Source: an uncultured bacterium
Lineage (GTDB): Bacteria; Patescibacteriota; Minisyncoccia; Phycocordibacterales; UBA918
Length of the DNA: 64,000 nucleotides
Reading direction: 5' to 3'
Assembly (NCBI GenBank): GCA_965652925.1
Contig: CBFGXL010000001.1
Coordinates: 23,821-87,820, forward strand
Shown in pieces: positions 9,759-17,514 of this stretch; position 1 is the stretch's first letter, and each line of letters starts with the position of its first letter. The translations under genes were made by a program, and so were the position numbers. A model generated the notes under the pieces. It ran no database searches, was not told the origin of the DNA, and saw only the letters and a program-made list of their open reading frames with translations.

Positions 9759-9919
9759 TCTTGCCTCTCTTTTCTGAACCTGAATTGACCGCCGATGATA
9801 CTACTCCCGCCCTTTACAACTTGCAAGTGAGATATGCACTTTGCCGTGCAAACGTGGAAAAATTAATAAAATAGAGTATAGTCTGGTGGGTTACACAGCA
9901 GCCGGTACGGGGAGGCAAA

Positions 9920-10375
9920 ATGACGTACACACGAGATCACGGCAAGATAGCGCTTCAATATCTCAAGGAGCGCAGTGCGGAGCTGACACATTTTCAGCGA
10001 ATGCGAGGCGCCCTCTTCTTCCACGAGAACCTTCACGCGCTTTTGCAACAGGGCCGAGAATGCCACAGATGCGCGTGCGGACCGCATCTGCCTTACTTCA
10101 GTATCATGCTCGCGTTGCGCATCTACAACGGCGTAGAGAGCGAACCAGACGACCTCTTCCTGTGGATGTGCTATGTCTATGTATTGTACATCCGGCAGCA
10201 CGACATGTTCGACATCGGCGAAAAAGGCCACACGCATATGCGGAACCAGGCTTCTAAGCTTGGGGTGCGTGAACTGGACATGCTCATCTTCTTCAGAGAG
10301 CTTGCTGACGATCTTTGGGAGCTCCGTATGGAGAAACTTGTAGGAAGCCGACCACATATGAGCCTCGCCTCATAG
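9920..10375 (+). CDS. Hypothetical protein (151 aa); the coding strand is ambiguous
   Basis: Strong SD GGGGAGG 4 nt upstream of ATG 9920, a TATAGT -10-like hexamer at 9877-9882, and a hairpin with a downstream T-tract at 10394-10424. A 164-aa ORF on the opposite strand (9863..10357) overlaps in codon-phase. Composition statistics cannot separate the two. Confidence 0.3.
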   Translation: MTYTRDHGKIALQYLKERSAELTHFQRMRGALFFHENLHALLQQGRECHRCACGPHLPYFSIMLALRIYNGVESEPDDLFLWMCYVYVLYIRQHDMFDIGEKGHTHMRNQASKLGVRELDMLIFFRELADDLWELRMEKLVGSRPHMSLAS

Positions 10376-10393
10376 TGGAGATCTTCCACAAGA

Positions 10394-10424
10394 GAATGGC
10401 GCCACATTTCGTGGCGCCATTTTC
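10394..10424. terminator. Hairpin AATGGCGCCAC-atttc-GTGGCGCCATT plus TTTTC; likely a bidirectional terminator between convergent genes
   Basis: 11-bp perfect stem. The T-tract is on the plus side, and the GH18 stop is 3 nt downstream on the minus strand. Confidence 0.5.
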
Positions 10425-10426
10425 AG

Positions 10427-11662
10427 TTAATCGATAAGTTTCCAGATGCCTTTATCCTCTTCCCCGTCGATCTTGAAGATCGCTATACCTTTAAGGCCAT
10501 ATTCTTTTGCAAGTTCGATCTTCTCTTCGATCGCTCCATCATCACTGTATCCAACGTAGCGTACGGTCACGGTCTGACCAGTTGCATTTGCGTACAAGAG
10601 CGCTTTTGCCGCGGCTTCGTTACCTTTTGTAGTTCCTTTTGGAGTTGGAAGCGCATTGAGCACTTTATACGGAGAATTCTTCGGGAAATATGTGTAGCTG
10701 AGCTCCCCTGCCTTGTTGCGTCCCGGCTCAACATCATATTCTTCTGCAACATCAAGGATGTCAGGAACATTCAGTGCACCAATGCGCTTGTAGTTGCTAT
10801 ACCAGTTAGGTGCAACCGTCACCTCATAGTGATACCCGTAGGTAGGAACGCCAAGCAGTATCTTGTCCTCTGGGATATCTTCAAGCGCAAGTTTAATGAC
10901 CTTCTCCACCCAATCTGCGTCTGAAACAGGGAAATAGGGTTCGCCTGCCTTCGATTCATTGAGCTTCAGGTCAGCCCGCTGCTGGTCATAGGCCATGATC
11001 TCAACGCGGTCGCAGTATTCACCAATCGCCTCATAGTCATTTGCATACTCAAGCACCTTCGGTACTTTCTTATAGAGTGACGTTGGGGGTGTTCGTGCCT
11101 CAACCGTACAGGTCAGCAACTTGTCTTCCTCCTCAAGCTCTTCTTTAAGCTCCTTCAAGAAGAGCGAAAAGTGCTCTTTGGTTGAAGAAAGCTTCTCTTC
11201 ATAGTCAATATCAATGCCATCAAAATCATGTTTCTCTACTTCCTTCATGATATTGCTGATGTGCTTTTTGCGGAGCTCTTTATAGCTTAAGTTTGCATGC
11301 ACGCTTCCACCATCGCTTGTCATTACCGTTGGTATCACAAGAACATCTTTTGAACGTGCAAGCTTGATGAACTTCCTCCATTCAGAAGTTGACATTCCAG
11401 CATTGTCCTTGATCGTCCCGTCACTCTGGAGTGTGTATGAGAACGGAAACACGATATCAAGATCCTTTATATTTTTTGTGGCATCCTTAATCCCCTTGGA
11501 ATCAGCCCAATAAGGTATCCAACCAGCCACCTCAAGTGCAACATCATCATCTTCATCTGAAGCAGCAAATGTCAGTATTGGAAATGAATGAAAAATGATA
11601 AGCAGTCCAAGTGCCACAATAAGCACGTGGAAAAGTACTTTTTTTACTAATGTCATACTCAT
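10427..11662 (-). CDS. Glycoside hydrolase family 18 (chitinase-like) secreted or membrane-anchored protein
   Basis: GH18 catalytic motif FDGIDIDYEE (DxxDxDxE), an N-terminal signal/TM, 411 aa. Confidence 0.8.
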   Translation of the reverse strand: MSMTLVKKVLFHVLIVALGLLIIFHSFPILTFAASDEDDDVALEVAGWIPYWADSKGIKDATKNIKDLDIVFPFSYTLQSDGTIKDNAGMSTSEWRKFIKLARSKDVLVIPTVMTSDGGSVHANLSYKELRKKHISNIMKEVEKHDFDGIDIDYEEKLSSTKEHFSLFLKELKEELEEEDKLLTCTVEARTPPTSLYKKVPKVLEYANDYEAIGEYCDRVEIMAYDQQRADLKLNESKAGEPYFPVSDADWVEKVIKLALEDIPEDKILLGVPTYGYHYEVTVAPNWYSNYKRIGALNVPDILDVAEEYDVEPGRNKAGELSYTYFPKNSPYKVLNALPTPKGTTKGNEAAAKALLYANATGQTVTVRYVGYSDDGAIEEKIELAKEYGLKGIAIFKIDGEEDKGIWKLID

Positions 11663-11720
11663 ACAGACGAGAAAATGTAATGACTCTTACAGGCAGTTTA
11701 TTGTATAGTGTAGCTATAAA

Positions 11721-12047
11721 ATGAAATCTGGCATGAATTCTTTTAGCGCTCGCGTCTGGGAACTGGCGCTCTCAATACCCCAAGGCAGGGTCACCACCTA
11801 CGGCGCACTGGCAAAAGCCGCAGGCGGAGGCGCCATGGCAGCGCGAAGCATCACGAGCATTCTTTCTAAAGCACCCAACAGTAAAGCGATACCATTCCAT
11901 CGCATTGTCTACGCCAACGGCAAAGTGTGGCTTAACGAAGAGTACGAAAAGAAGCGCCGCACGCTCTACAAGAAAGAAGGTATCGTCGTAAACAAAGCTG
12001 GGTACATTGAAGATTTTGAGGAGATCTTCTATGACTTCACTGAATAA
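11721..12047 (+). CDS. Alkyltransferase-like (ATL) protein: MGMT-type DNA-binding domain lacking the catalytic Cys (PFHRIV in place of PCHRV)
   Basis: 108 aa. The MGMT C-terminal-domain pattern (TYG.LA...G...AARSI...L...P.....IP.HRIV...G) is present. Phe sits at the position of the alkyl-acceptor Cys. Confidence 0.7.
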   Translation: MKSGMNSFSARVWELALSIPQGRVTTYGALAKAAGGGAMAARSITSILSKAPNSKAIPFHRIVYANGKVWLNEEYEKKRRTLYKKEGIVVNKAGYIEDFEEIFYDFTE

Positions 12048-13182
12048 TAAAATCTTTCTTCCCCATTGGTGACCCGTTGATCAAAAGCGTTATCGAATGT
12101 TTCCCTGGGTACAGCGTGAAAGTTGTCGCGTCTTTCACAAACTTGTGGTTCTTTTCGATAGTAACTGCCTCTCCAGCTTTGAGATGAAGTTTCTTTATCT
12201 TGAATGTCTTCCCTTTGGTTTTTCCATTTGCCTTCACAAAATCGATAGAGTAATCAGCAATGATGGACTCATCTTTCTGTGCACGAATGCCGAAGGAAAA
12301 AGTAAGCACTTCACCGGGAGCGATTTTCTGTGAAGCACGCTTCACAGAAAATCGCTCCACAACAACATCCGGCTCGCTTTTGTGTCCAAGGAGCACAAAC
12401 GCCTCCTTATGCCCTCTCTTAATAAGAGTCCGCAGGCTGTGGCGCATCATCCAGGCAAATTCCGCCTGATCCTGCTTCCCTTCCTTTTCCCAACGCGCGA
12501 GCGTTTCTATTGCTAACGCCGGCTCTTTTTTAGAAATGTCATTGATGTGATTGGCAACCGAACGCGTCACGTAGCGTGTCTTGTCCATGTAGAGCACGTC
12601 AAGAAGCTGTATTGCTTTTGCGCTTTCCAATGTTATGCGTTTGCTCCACGGAAGCAGCGGACGCGTCCCTTCGCTTGCAAGGCGACGCACATGATAGTGC
12701 TTGTGTCTGCTCCATTTCTTAAGCACAGCAAGTGTTTCCTTGGGGTGCTCATTGATGAATGTACGAATAGCATCCTCCATAGAGAACCGCTGCGTGACCT
12801 CTTCTAGTGCCATTAGCGAAAGTGCTGCATGTTCTTTCCTGTTTCCATTTCGTGCAATATATTCTCCTATGGGAGCAAAAATGAATGAACCGAAGTCGTT
12901 GTCTGTTTTTGATGGATCAAGCGGTGCGGGCAATGCCTTGAGGATAACCTCAATTGCCCTTTCATAGTCTCTGGGAAGATGTGTTTCCAAAAGCTCTGCC
13001 ATATAGGTTATACGTTCCTTAAGTTCAAGTGTTGGGAATGCGTCGAGTGCTTCGCGTACGTATGCGACTTTGTTAAAACGAGGGTATGCAGCATGCATAT
13101 ATGAAGCAAAAAGCTCCACCGACTCTCTATTGAAAAGATGATCCTTGAGGCTGAAACTCTTTTTCATCGTATTGCGCGCCAT
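12037..13182 (-). CDS. AlkC/AlkD-like HEAT-repeat DNA alkylation repair glycosylase with a C-terminal beta-rich (Ig-like?) extension
   Basis: YHVRRLASEGTRPLLPW resembles the W/YxRR motif of the DNA_alkylation (AlkC/AlkD) family. The all-helical body and extra C-terminal ~100-aa beta-rich domain are as described for AlkC. The start was taken at MARNT (13182); the longest ORF reaches 13227. Confidence 0.6.
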   Translation of the reverse strand: MARNTMKKSFSLKDHLFNRESVELFASYMHAAYPRFNKVAYVREALDAFPTLELKERITYMAELLETHLPRDYERAIEVILKALPAPLDPSKTDNDFGSFIFAPIGEYIARNGNRKEHAALSLMALEEVTQRFSMEDAIRTFINEHPKETLAVLKKWSRHKHYHVRRLASEGTRPLLPWSKRITLESAKAIQLLDVLYMDKTRYVTRSVANHINDISKKEPALAIETLARWEKEGKQDQAEFAWMMRHSLRTLIKRGHKEAFVLLGHKSEPDVVVERFSVKRASQKIAPGEVLTFSFGIRAQKDESIIADYSIDFVKANGKTKGKTFKIKKLHLKAGEAVTIEKNHKFVKDATTFTLYPGKHSITLLINGSPMGKKDFIIQ

Positions 13183-13369
13183 ATCTAACCAGTATACAGA
13201 ACACGCACATTGTTGACATATCTTCACTGACGTGTTATTTTCAAAGGAACTTAAGAAACTCGTGTGGGGCTCTTGAGATGCAGACTCTCCTATATTTCAG
13301 TAGTAGCGTTTGATTTATTACCTGCACAGCCCGAAGCCATTTTTGGCTTTATAACACAACATAGATAGA

Positions 13370-14773
13370 ATGAATCCTACTCACAACCGACGAAGTCGGA
13401 CCGGCGCTTCTGTGCACCGATCCTCTTCACGCAAAGGAAGTTTTTCACGCAATAAAAGCAGTGTCTCTTCCCCATTTACCCACCGATACACTTCTTCAGC
13501 ACCTCGCAAGGAGCACGGCTCTTCTTCTGCTCCACGCAGAGAATTCAGCGCTTCTTCATCGCGTCACGAAAGCGGACGAAAGCCATACCATGGCGGTTCA
13601 AGTCGATCATGGAGTGCGCATCGCCCTTCACGCAACACAAGCAGCAACCGCCGTGGCGGCCGCAAGATGCCGACCTTCGACCCATCGCAGTTCATCAATA
13701 CGAACCCGGTGAACACTGAAGAAACCGTATACGAAGCAAAGCACAAGTTCACTGATTTTGGACTCGATAAGAAGCTTGCATACACTATTACCGAAAGCGG
13801 TATGACCGTGCCAACCCCAATCCAGGACCAGATCATCCCGATCATTCTTAAAGGTCACGATGTCATTGGCTTGGCTGAGACCGGCACTGGAAAGACCGCA
13901 GCGTTTTTGATCCCACTCATTGAGAAAACCCTCAAAGAATATGGGCGTCAGACATTGATCCTGGCACCAACACGCGAACTTGCGATCCAGATCGAAGACG
14001 AACTCCGCAAACTTTCAAAAGGATTTAAGCTCTTCTCAACCATTTGCGTTGGAGGAACAAGCATCCGTCCGCAGATTCAGGGACTTCGCCGCAAGAACCA
14101 CTTCATCATCGGTACGCCAGGACGCGTCTTGGATCTTATTGAACGTGGGAACTTGCGCCCACAGAACATCCGCACGGTAGTACTCGACGAAGCAGACCGT
14201 ATGCTCGACATGGGATTCATCCATGACATGCGGAAGATCCTTGAAGACATTCCGAAGAACCACGAGACGCTCTTCTTTTCTGCAACTATGTCAAAGGAGA
14301 TCGAGAAGCTCGTAAATGACTTCCTCCACGAACCAGTAACCATTTCTGTAAAAAAGAAGGAGGTTACCAATAGCATCCGCCAAGATGTAGTGAAATACGG
14401 AAACCATAATAAATTCGAGACGCTCGTGGAACTTCTTTCAAAAGATGATTTCAAGCGCGTACTTGTCTTCGGAGCGATGAAGCACAGCGTTGAGAAGCTT
14501 TCAAAGGAGCTGACCCATGCTGGCATTGTGTCTGAATCGATCCATGGCAATAAATCCCACGGACAGCGCCAGACTTCTTTGCGTAAATTCAAAAGCGGCA
14601 ATGCGCGGGTATTGGTTGCAACCGACGTTGCAGCCCGTGGCATTCATGTGGATAGCGTCACGCACGTCATCAACTACGACCTCCCGAACACTTTCGAAGA
14701 TTATGTTCACCGCATTGGCCGTACCGGCCGAGGCAAGGAAAAAGGCATCGCACTGACTTTTATCCAGGAGTAA
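13370..14773 (+). CDS. DEAD-box ATP-dependent RNA helicase with an Arg/Ser-rich N-terminal low-complexity tail
   Basis: Q-motif TPIQ, AETGTGKT (motif I), PTRELA, DEAD, SAT, HRIGRTGR (motif VI). The N-terminal ~100 aa are RS/RG-rich (HRSSSRKGSFSRNKSS...). Confidence 0.9.
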   Translation: MNPTHNRRSRTGASVHRSSSRKGSFSRNKSSVSSPFTHRYTSSAPRKEHGSSSAPRREFSASSSRHESGRKPYHGGSSRSWSAHRPSRNTSSNRRGGRKMPTFDPSQFINTNPVNTEETVYEAKHKFTDFGLDKKLAYTITESGMTVPTPIQDQIIPIILKGHDVIGLAETGTGKTAAFLIPLIEKTLKEYGRQTLILAPTRELAIQIEDELRKLSKGFKLFSTICVGGTSIRPQIQGLRRKNHFIIGTPGRVLDLIERGNLRPQNIRTVVLDEADRMLDMGFIHDMRKILEDIPKNHETLFFSATMSKEIEKLVNDFLHEPVTISVKKKEVTNSIRQDVVKYGNHNKFETLVELLSKDDFKRVLVFGAMKHSVEKLSKELTHAGIVSESIHGNKSHGQRQTSLRKFKSGNARVLVATDVAARGIHVDSVTHVINYDLPNTFEDYVHRIGRTGRGKEKGIALTFIQE

Positions 14774-14777
14774 AAAT

Positions 14778-14812
14778 AAGCCCTGAGCCTACGGCTCAGG
14801 GCTTATTTTTAT
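14778..14812 (+). terminator. Rho-independent terminator after the DEAD-box helicase
   Basis: AAGCCCTGAGCC-tacg-GGCTCAGGGCTT followed by ATTTTTAT. Confidence 0.7.
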
Positions 14813-14908
14813 CTGTAGCCTCTGCCATTATGAGGTTGATATGAAATTTTGTAAGAAAGCCTCAAACCCAACGTCATAAGGCACGATAGCGGAACTCCCG
14901 CCGCTGTC

Positions 14909-15334
14909 GTGTTCTTAAACAGCAGAAGGATTGGATGGTTGCTTACCAAAATCAAGTGGCCGGTGGTTGCGTGCGTACTGGCGGCGGTGCTCTCCCCGAG
15001 CATCTCCGCAGCTCATACACAATCTCCTGTCAGTGCACGGACTGTCGAACAGACCGTACGTGCAACGTTCGCAAACGCCCGGGTGCTCATCAGCATTGCA
15101 CGTTGCGAGTCGCGTTTCCGTCACTACGATGAGAACGGCAACGTGCTCCGCAATGAGCAAGGCTCAAGTGCAACCGGAGTCATGCAGATCATGTCGAGCG
15201 TACACAAAGGCCCTGCTTCAGAGCTGGGGTATGACATCAACACGCTCGATGGCAACCTGGGCTATGCGCTTCACCTCTACAGGACGCAAGGAACAAGCCC
15301 GTGGAACGCATCTAAATACTGCTGGAGTAGTTAG
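14909..15334 (+). CDS. Secreted lysozyme-like / transglycosylase-like (Rpf-type) domain protein
   Basis: Signal peptide, then ARCESRF...NGN....G..ATGVMQI...W.....PW..S.YC. This resembles the Rpf/transglycosylase-like domain pattern (CES..G....G..G..QI...W). Family-level call only. Confidence 0.5.
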   Translation: MFLNSRRIGWLLTKIKWPVVACVLAAVLSPSISAAHTQSPVSARTVEQTVRATFANARVLISIARCESRFRHYDENGNVLRNEQGSSATGVMQIMSSVHKGPASELGYDINTLDGNLGYALHLYRTQGTSPWNASKYCWSS

Positions 15335-15383
15335 ACTCTGGGAGGAGTCGGCAGTTCTTCATAACGCCTTTATTGGCGACCTT

Positions 15384-15413
15384 AAGGGCGGATCAGACCG
15401 ATCCGCCCTTTTC
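15384..15413 (+). terminator. Rho-independent terminator (AGGGCGGATC-agacc-GATCCGCCCT plus TTTC)
   Basis: 10-bp stem about 50 nt downstream of the transglycosylase-like gene. Confidence 0.6.
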
Positions 15414-15512
15414 ATATGCGCTATACTTGAAGCTATGAAAGCAATCATCGGAGCCATCTTGCTATTTGTAGGACTGCTTATTCTCAATGCGTTCTTTTCC
15501 TGATACGAGGAA

Positions 15513-15540
15513 TTGACAAATTAGTCTTATATTGTATAGT
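15513..15540 (+). promoter_or_regulatory. Putative sigma-70 promoter: TTGACA-16nt-TATAGT, with TG just upstream of the -10
   Basis: TTGACA at 15513-15518 and TATAGT at 15535-15540, about 65 nt upstream of the GTG start at 15606. Confidence 0.4.
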
Positions 15541-15605
15541 TAATGTGGAATTCCTGTTCGTCTGAACAGGTCACCGACAAGCACATCAGAGCATAAGGAG
15601 ACACT

Positions 15606-16046
15606 GTGCGCAACGAAAAAATTGAGGAGAAGCTCGCGCTGTTCCAGACGGAGCTCGAGGCGTGGGCTACACGCGAAGAACTGCTACAGGCAGGAGAACG
15701 CATCATCCTTTCCTATGTCATCAGGAAAGAGGGCTCCGAAGCGCTTCTCGATCTTCCAATCGGCGAGTTCTTCACCTTTGCACGGATCACCAGTGCAGGC
15801 GCTCGGCCCGGTGTTGCCACTCGCGTGGTCCACCTCTTGAGGGACTGGGGCATCGATGACTATCGTAAGGTGGACATCACCACCGTCCGTGAACTCGTCG
15901 CCTACGAAGGCAACGAGTTGCTCCTGAGAAGTGTGCACAACTGCGGCAACCTGTCTGTTGCTGCAATCGCCAAGACTCTCGAGCATGAAGGACTGCCGGT
16001 GCCTGAAGACTTGAAGCTCATCGCAGAGAAGTTCTTTCGCCCATAA
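15606..16046 (+). CDS. Hypothetical protein with two helix-hairpin-helix-like segments
   Basis: GTG start with SD AAGGAG 5 nt upstream. ARPGVATRVVHLLRDWGI and NCGNLSVAAIAKTLEHEGL look HhH-like. No confident family. Confidence 0.5.
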   Translation: MRNEKIEEKLALFQTELEAWATREELLQAGERIILSYVIRKEGSEALLDLPIGEFFTFARITSAGARPGVATRVVHLLRDWGIDDYRKVDITTVRELVAYEGNELLLRSVHNCGNLSVAAIAKTLEHEGLPVPEDLKLIAEKFFRP

Positions 16047-16051
16047 GACTC

Positions 16052-16087
16052 GACCCCGACGGTTCAAACCGCCGGGGTCATTTTATT
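16052..16087 (+). terminator. Rho-independent terminator (GACCCCGACGG / CCGCCGGGGTC plus TTTTATT)
   Basis: Hairpin with one stem mismatch, followed by a T-tract. Confidence 0.5.
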
Positions 16088-16120
16088 CTTCGGTGCACTA
16101 CTTTGCGCACATCTGCGGAA

Positions 16121-16618
16121 CTATCCTCGCGGGCCATCGCCGAACGGGAAACTTTTCAATACCCTTTTGCTCTTGAGTGCATCCCTCGCAACAAGTACCA
16201 TACACGATGCATGATGATGTGTCCCCGGTTTAAACTCTCTGCCCTCAACCGTCGAGACGTGCGGGCGGAAGCCTGCCCCTGCCCAGTGTAGGTTCTTCAC
16301 CGTTCCGCCATTCTCGATAATGCGCATGAAGAGTTGTGTGTGGAGCAGGTCAAGTGCACGATCGCGCACAAGCACATAGACGGGTACGTCGTTTTTGGGA
16401 CCGAAAAGGGCCGGCTCGTGGGAGACAAGGCTGATGTACCCTTCGCGAACATCTGCGGCAAGCGTCGCCAGATCAGCTGCAAAAGGACCTTGTTCAGCCA
16501 CTTTTCCCAGCGTAAACCACTGCATGAGCGTACAATGGAGCGGCAAGGGCTCGTCTGGCCCATATACAGTGCCCTCAGGCATATCTTCAATGGGCAGAAA
16601 AACAAGATACTCAGACAT
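16121..16618 (-). CDS. 2H phosphoesterase superfamily protein (LigT / 2'-5' RNA ligase-like)
   Basis: Two H-x-T/S-x motifs: PLHCTLMQWF and RPHVSTVEG, in a ~165-aa protein. Start taken at MSEYLVFLPIED. Confidence 0.5.
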   Translation of the reverse strand: MSEYLVFLPIEDMPEGTVYGPDEPLPLHCTLMQWFTLGKVAEQGPFAADLATLAADVREGYISLVSHEPALFGPKNDVPVYVLVRDRALDLLHTQLFMRIIENGGTVKNLHWAGAGFRPHVSTVEGREFKPGTHHHASCMVLVARDALKSKRVLKSFPFGDGPRG

Positions 16619-16702
16619 CGGAAGTCTCCAAGGAATCAAGGAACTGTTGCCACACTACCGCAAAGACAGCGCAAAGTCTACGACCTGTGGTACTGTAGCG
16701 CT

Positions 16703-17512
16703 ATGAAGCCATATATTGTGCTCGAGAAGAAGGTCGGAGAAACTCCTTTGGAAGTGCTTGAATCTCATAGAGCGGAGCATCCTGAGCTTATTGGGGTTCC
16801 CATGGCATATGCCGGGCGACTTGACCCAATGGCATCAGGAAAACTCTTGGTACTTTTGGGTGAGGAATGTAAAGTGCAGGAAAAATACCACCATCTCGAT
16901 AAAGAATATGTATTTGAAGTTCTCTTCGGGACAGGCTCAGACTCGGGCGATGTGCTTGGGCTTTTGGAGCTCGGAGGGAAAGGCATTGTTGATGCCCGAA
17001 GCATCAAAGCTGTTTTGAAAAGCCTTACTGGAGAAATCGAACTCCCCTACCCCCACTTCTCTTCAAAGACCGTACAGGGTAAACCCCTCCATACATGGAA
17101 AGTCGAAGGGCGTATTGATGAAGTGACTATCCCAACAAAAAAAACACGTATATATAAGCTCGAACTTTTGGATATACAGTTAAAAACCGGACAGGAAGTG
17201 TATGAATATGCCGCACAAAAAATAGAAACCATCCCCAAAGTGACCGACCAACGGAAGGCTCTCGGCAATGACTTTCGACGTGATGACATACGCGTCTCAT
17301 GGAGACAGTTTCTTGAAGCGAGTGCTGATACGCAATTCACCGTTGCACAACTGCGCTGTATCTGTTCTTCGGGCACGTATATGCGCACACTAGCAGGAGT
17401 GATCGCACAAAGACTGGATACCAAAGGCCTCGCATATGCAATTCACCGGACCCAGATAGGCACCTATATTCACCTTCCGTTTGGATTTGGGTTTTGGACT
17501 AAAATATTTTAA
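16703..17512 (+). CDS. truB: tRNA pseudouridine-55 synthase TruB (short form, no PUA domain)
   Basis: GRLDPMASGKLLVLLGE contains the catalytic Asp motif. The longest ORF's 5' extension (from 16334) overlaps the divergent gene, so the start was set at MKPYIVLEK (ATG 16703). 270 aa. Confidence 0.85.
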   Translation: MKPYIVLEKKVGETPLEVLESHRAEHPELIGVPMAYAGRLDPMASGKLLVLLGEECKVQEKYHHLDKEYVFEVLFGTGSDSGDVLGLLELGGKGIVDARSIKAVLKSLTGEIELPYPHFSSKTVQGKPLHTWKVEGRIDEVTIPTKKTRIYKLELLDIQLKTGQEVYEYAAQKIETIPKVTDQRKALGNDFRRDDIRVSWRQFLEASADTQFTVAQLRCICSSGTYMRTLAGVIAQRLDTKGLAYAIHRTQIGTYIHLPFGFGFWTKIF

Positions 17513-17514
17513 GC

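Noticed and set aside
9841-10257. 138-aa plus-strand ORF, Arg-rich (RRRERTRRPLP...)
   Set aside because: Low-complexity Arg/Pro composition typical of an off-frame read through GC-rich coding sequence. It overlaps better candidates.
9863-10357. 164-aa minus-strand ORF overlapping the 9920..10375 plus ORF
   Set aside because: Not listed as the primary feature because the plus ORF has the stronger SD, a -10-like hexamer and a correctly oriented terminator. This remains a genuine alternative (see finding); it is not a confident rejection.
14077-14643. 188-aa minus-strand ORF inside the DEAD-box helicase gene
   Set aside because: Antisense frame. The plus frame contains all the helicase motifs.
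16334-16702. 123-codon 5' extension of the TruB ORF
   Set aside because: It overlaps the divergent 2H-phosphoesterase gene almost entirely and has a non-protein-like composition. The conserved TruB N-terminus begins at ATG 16703.
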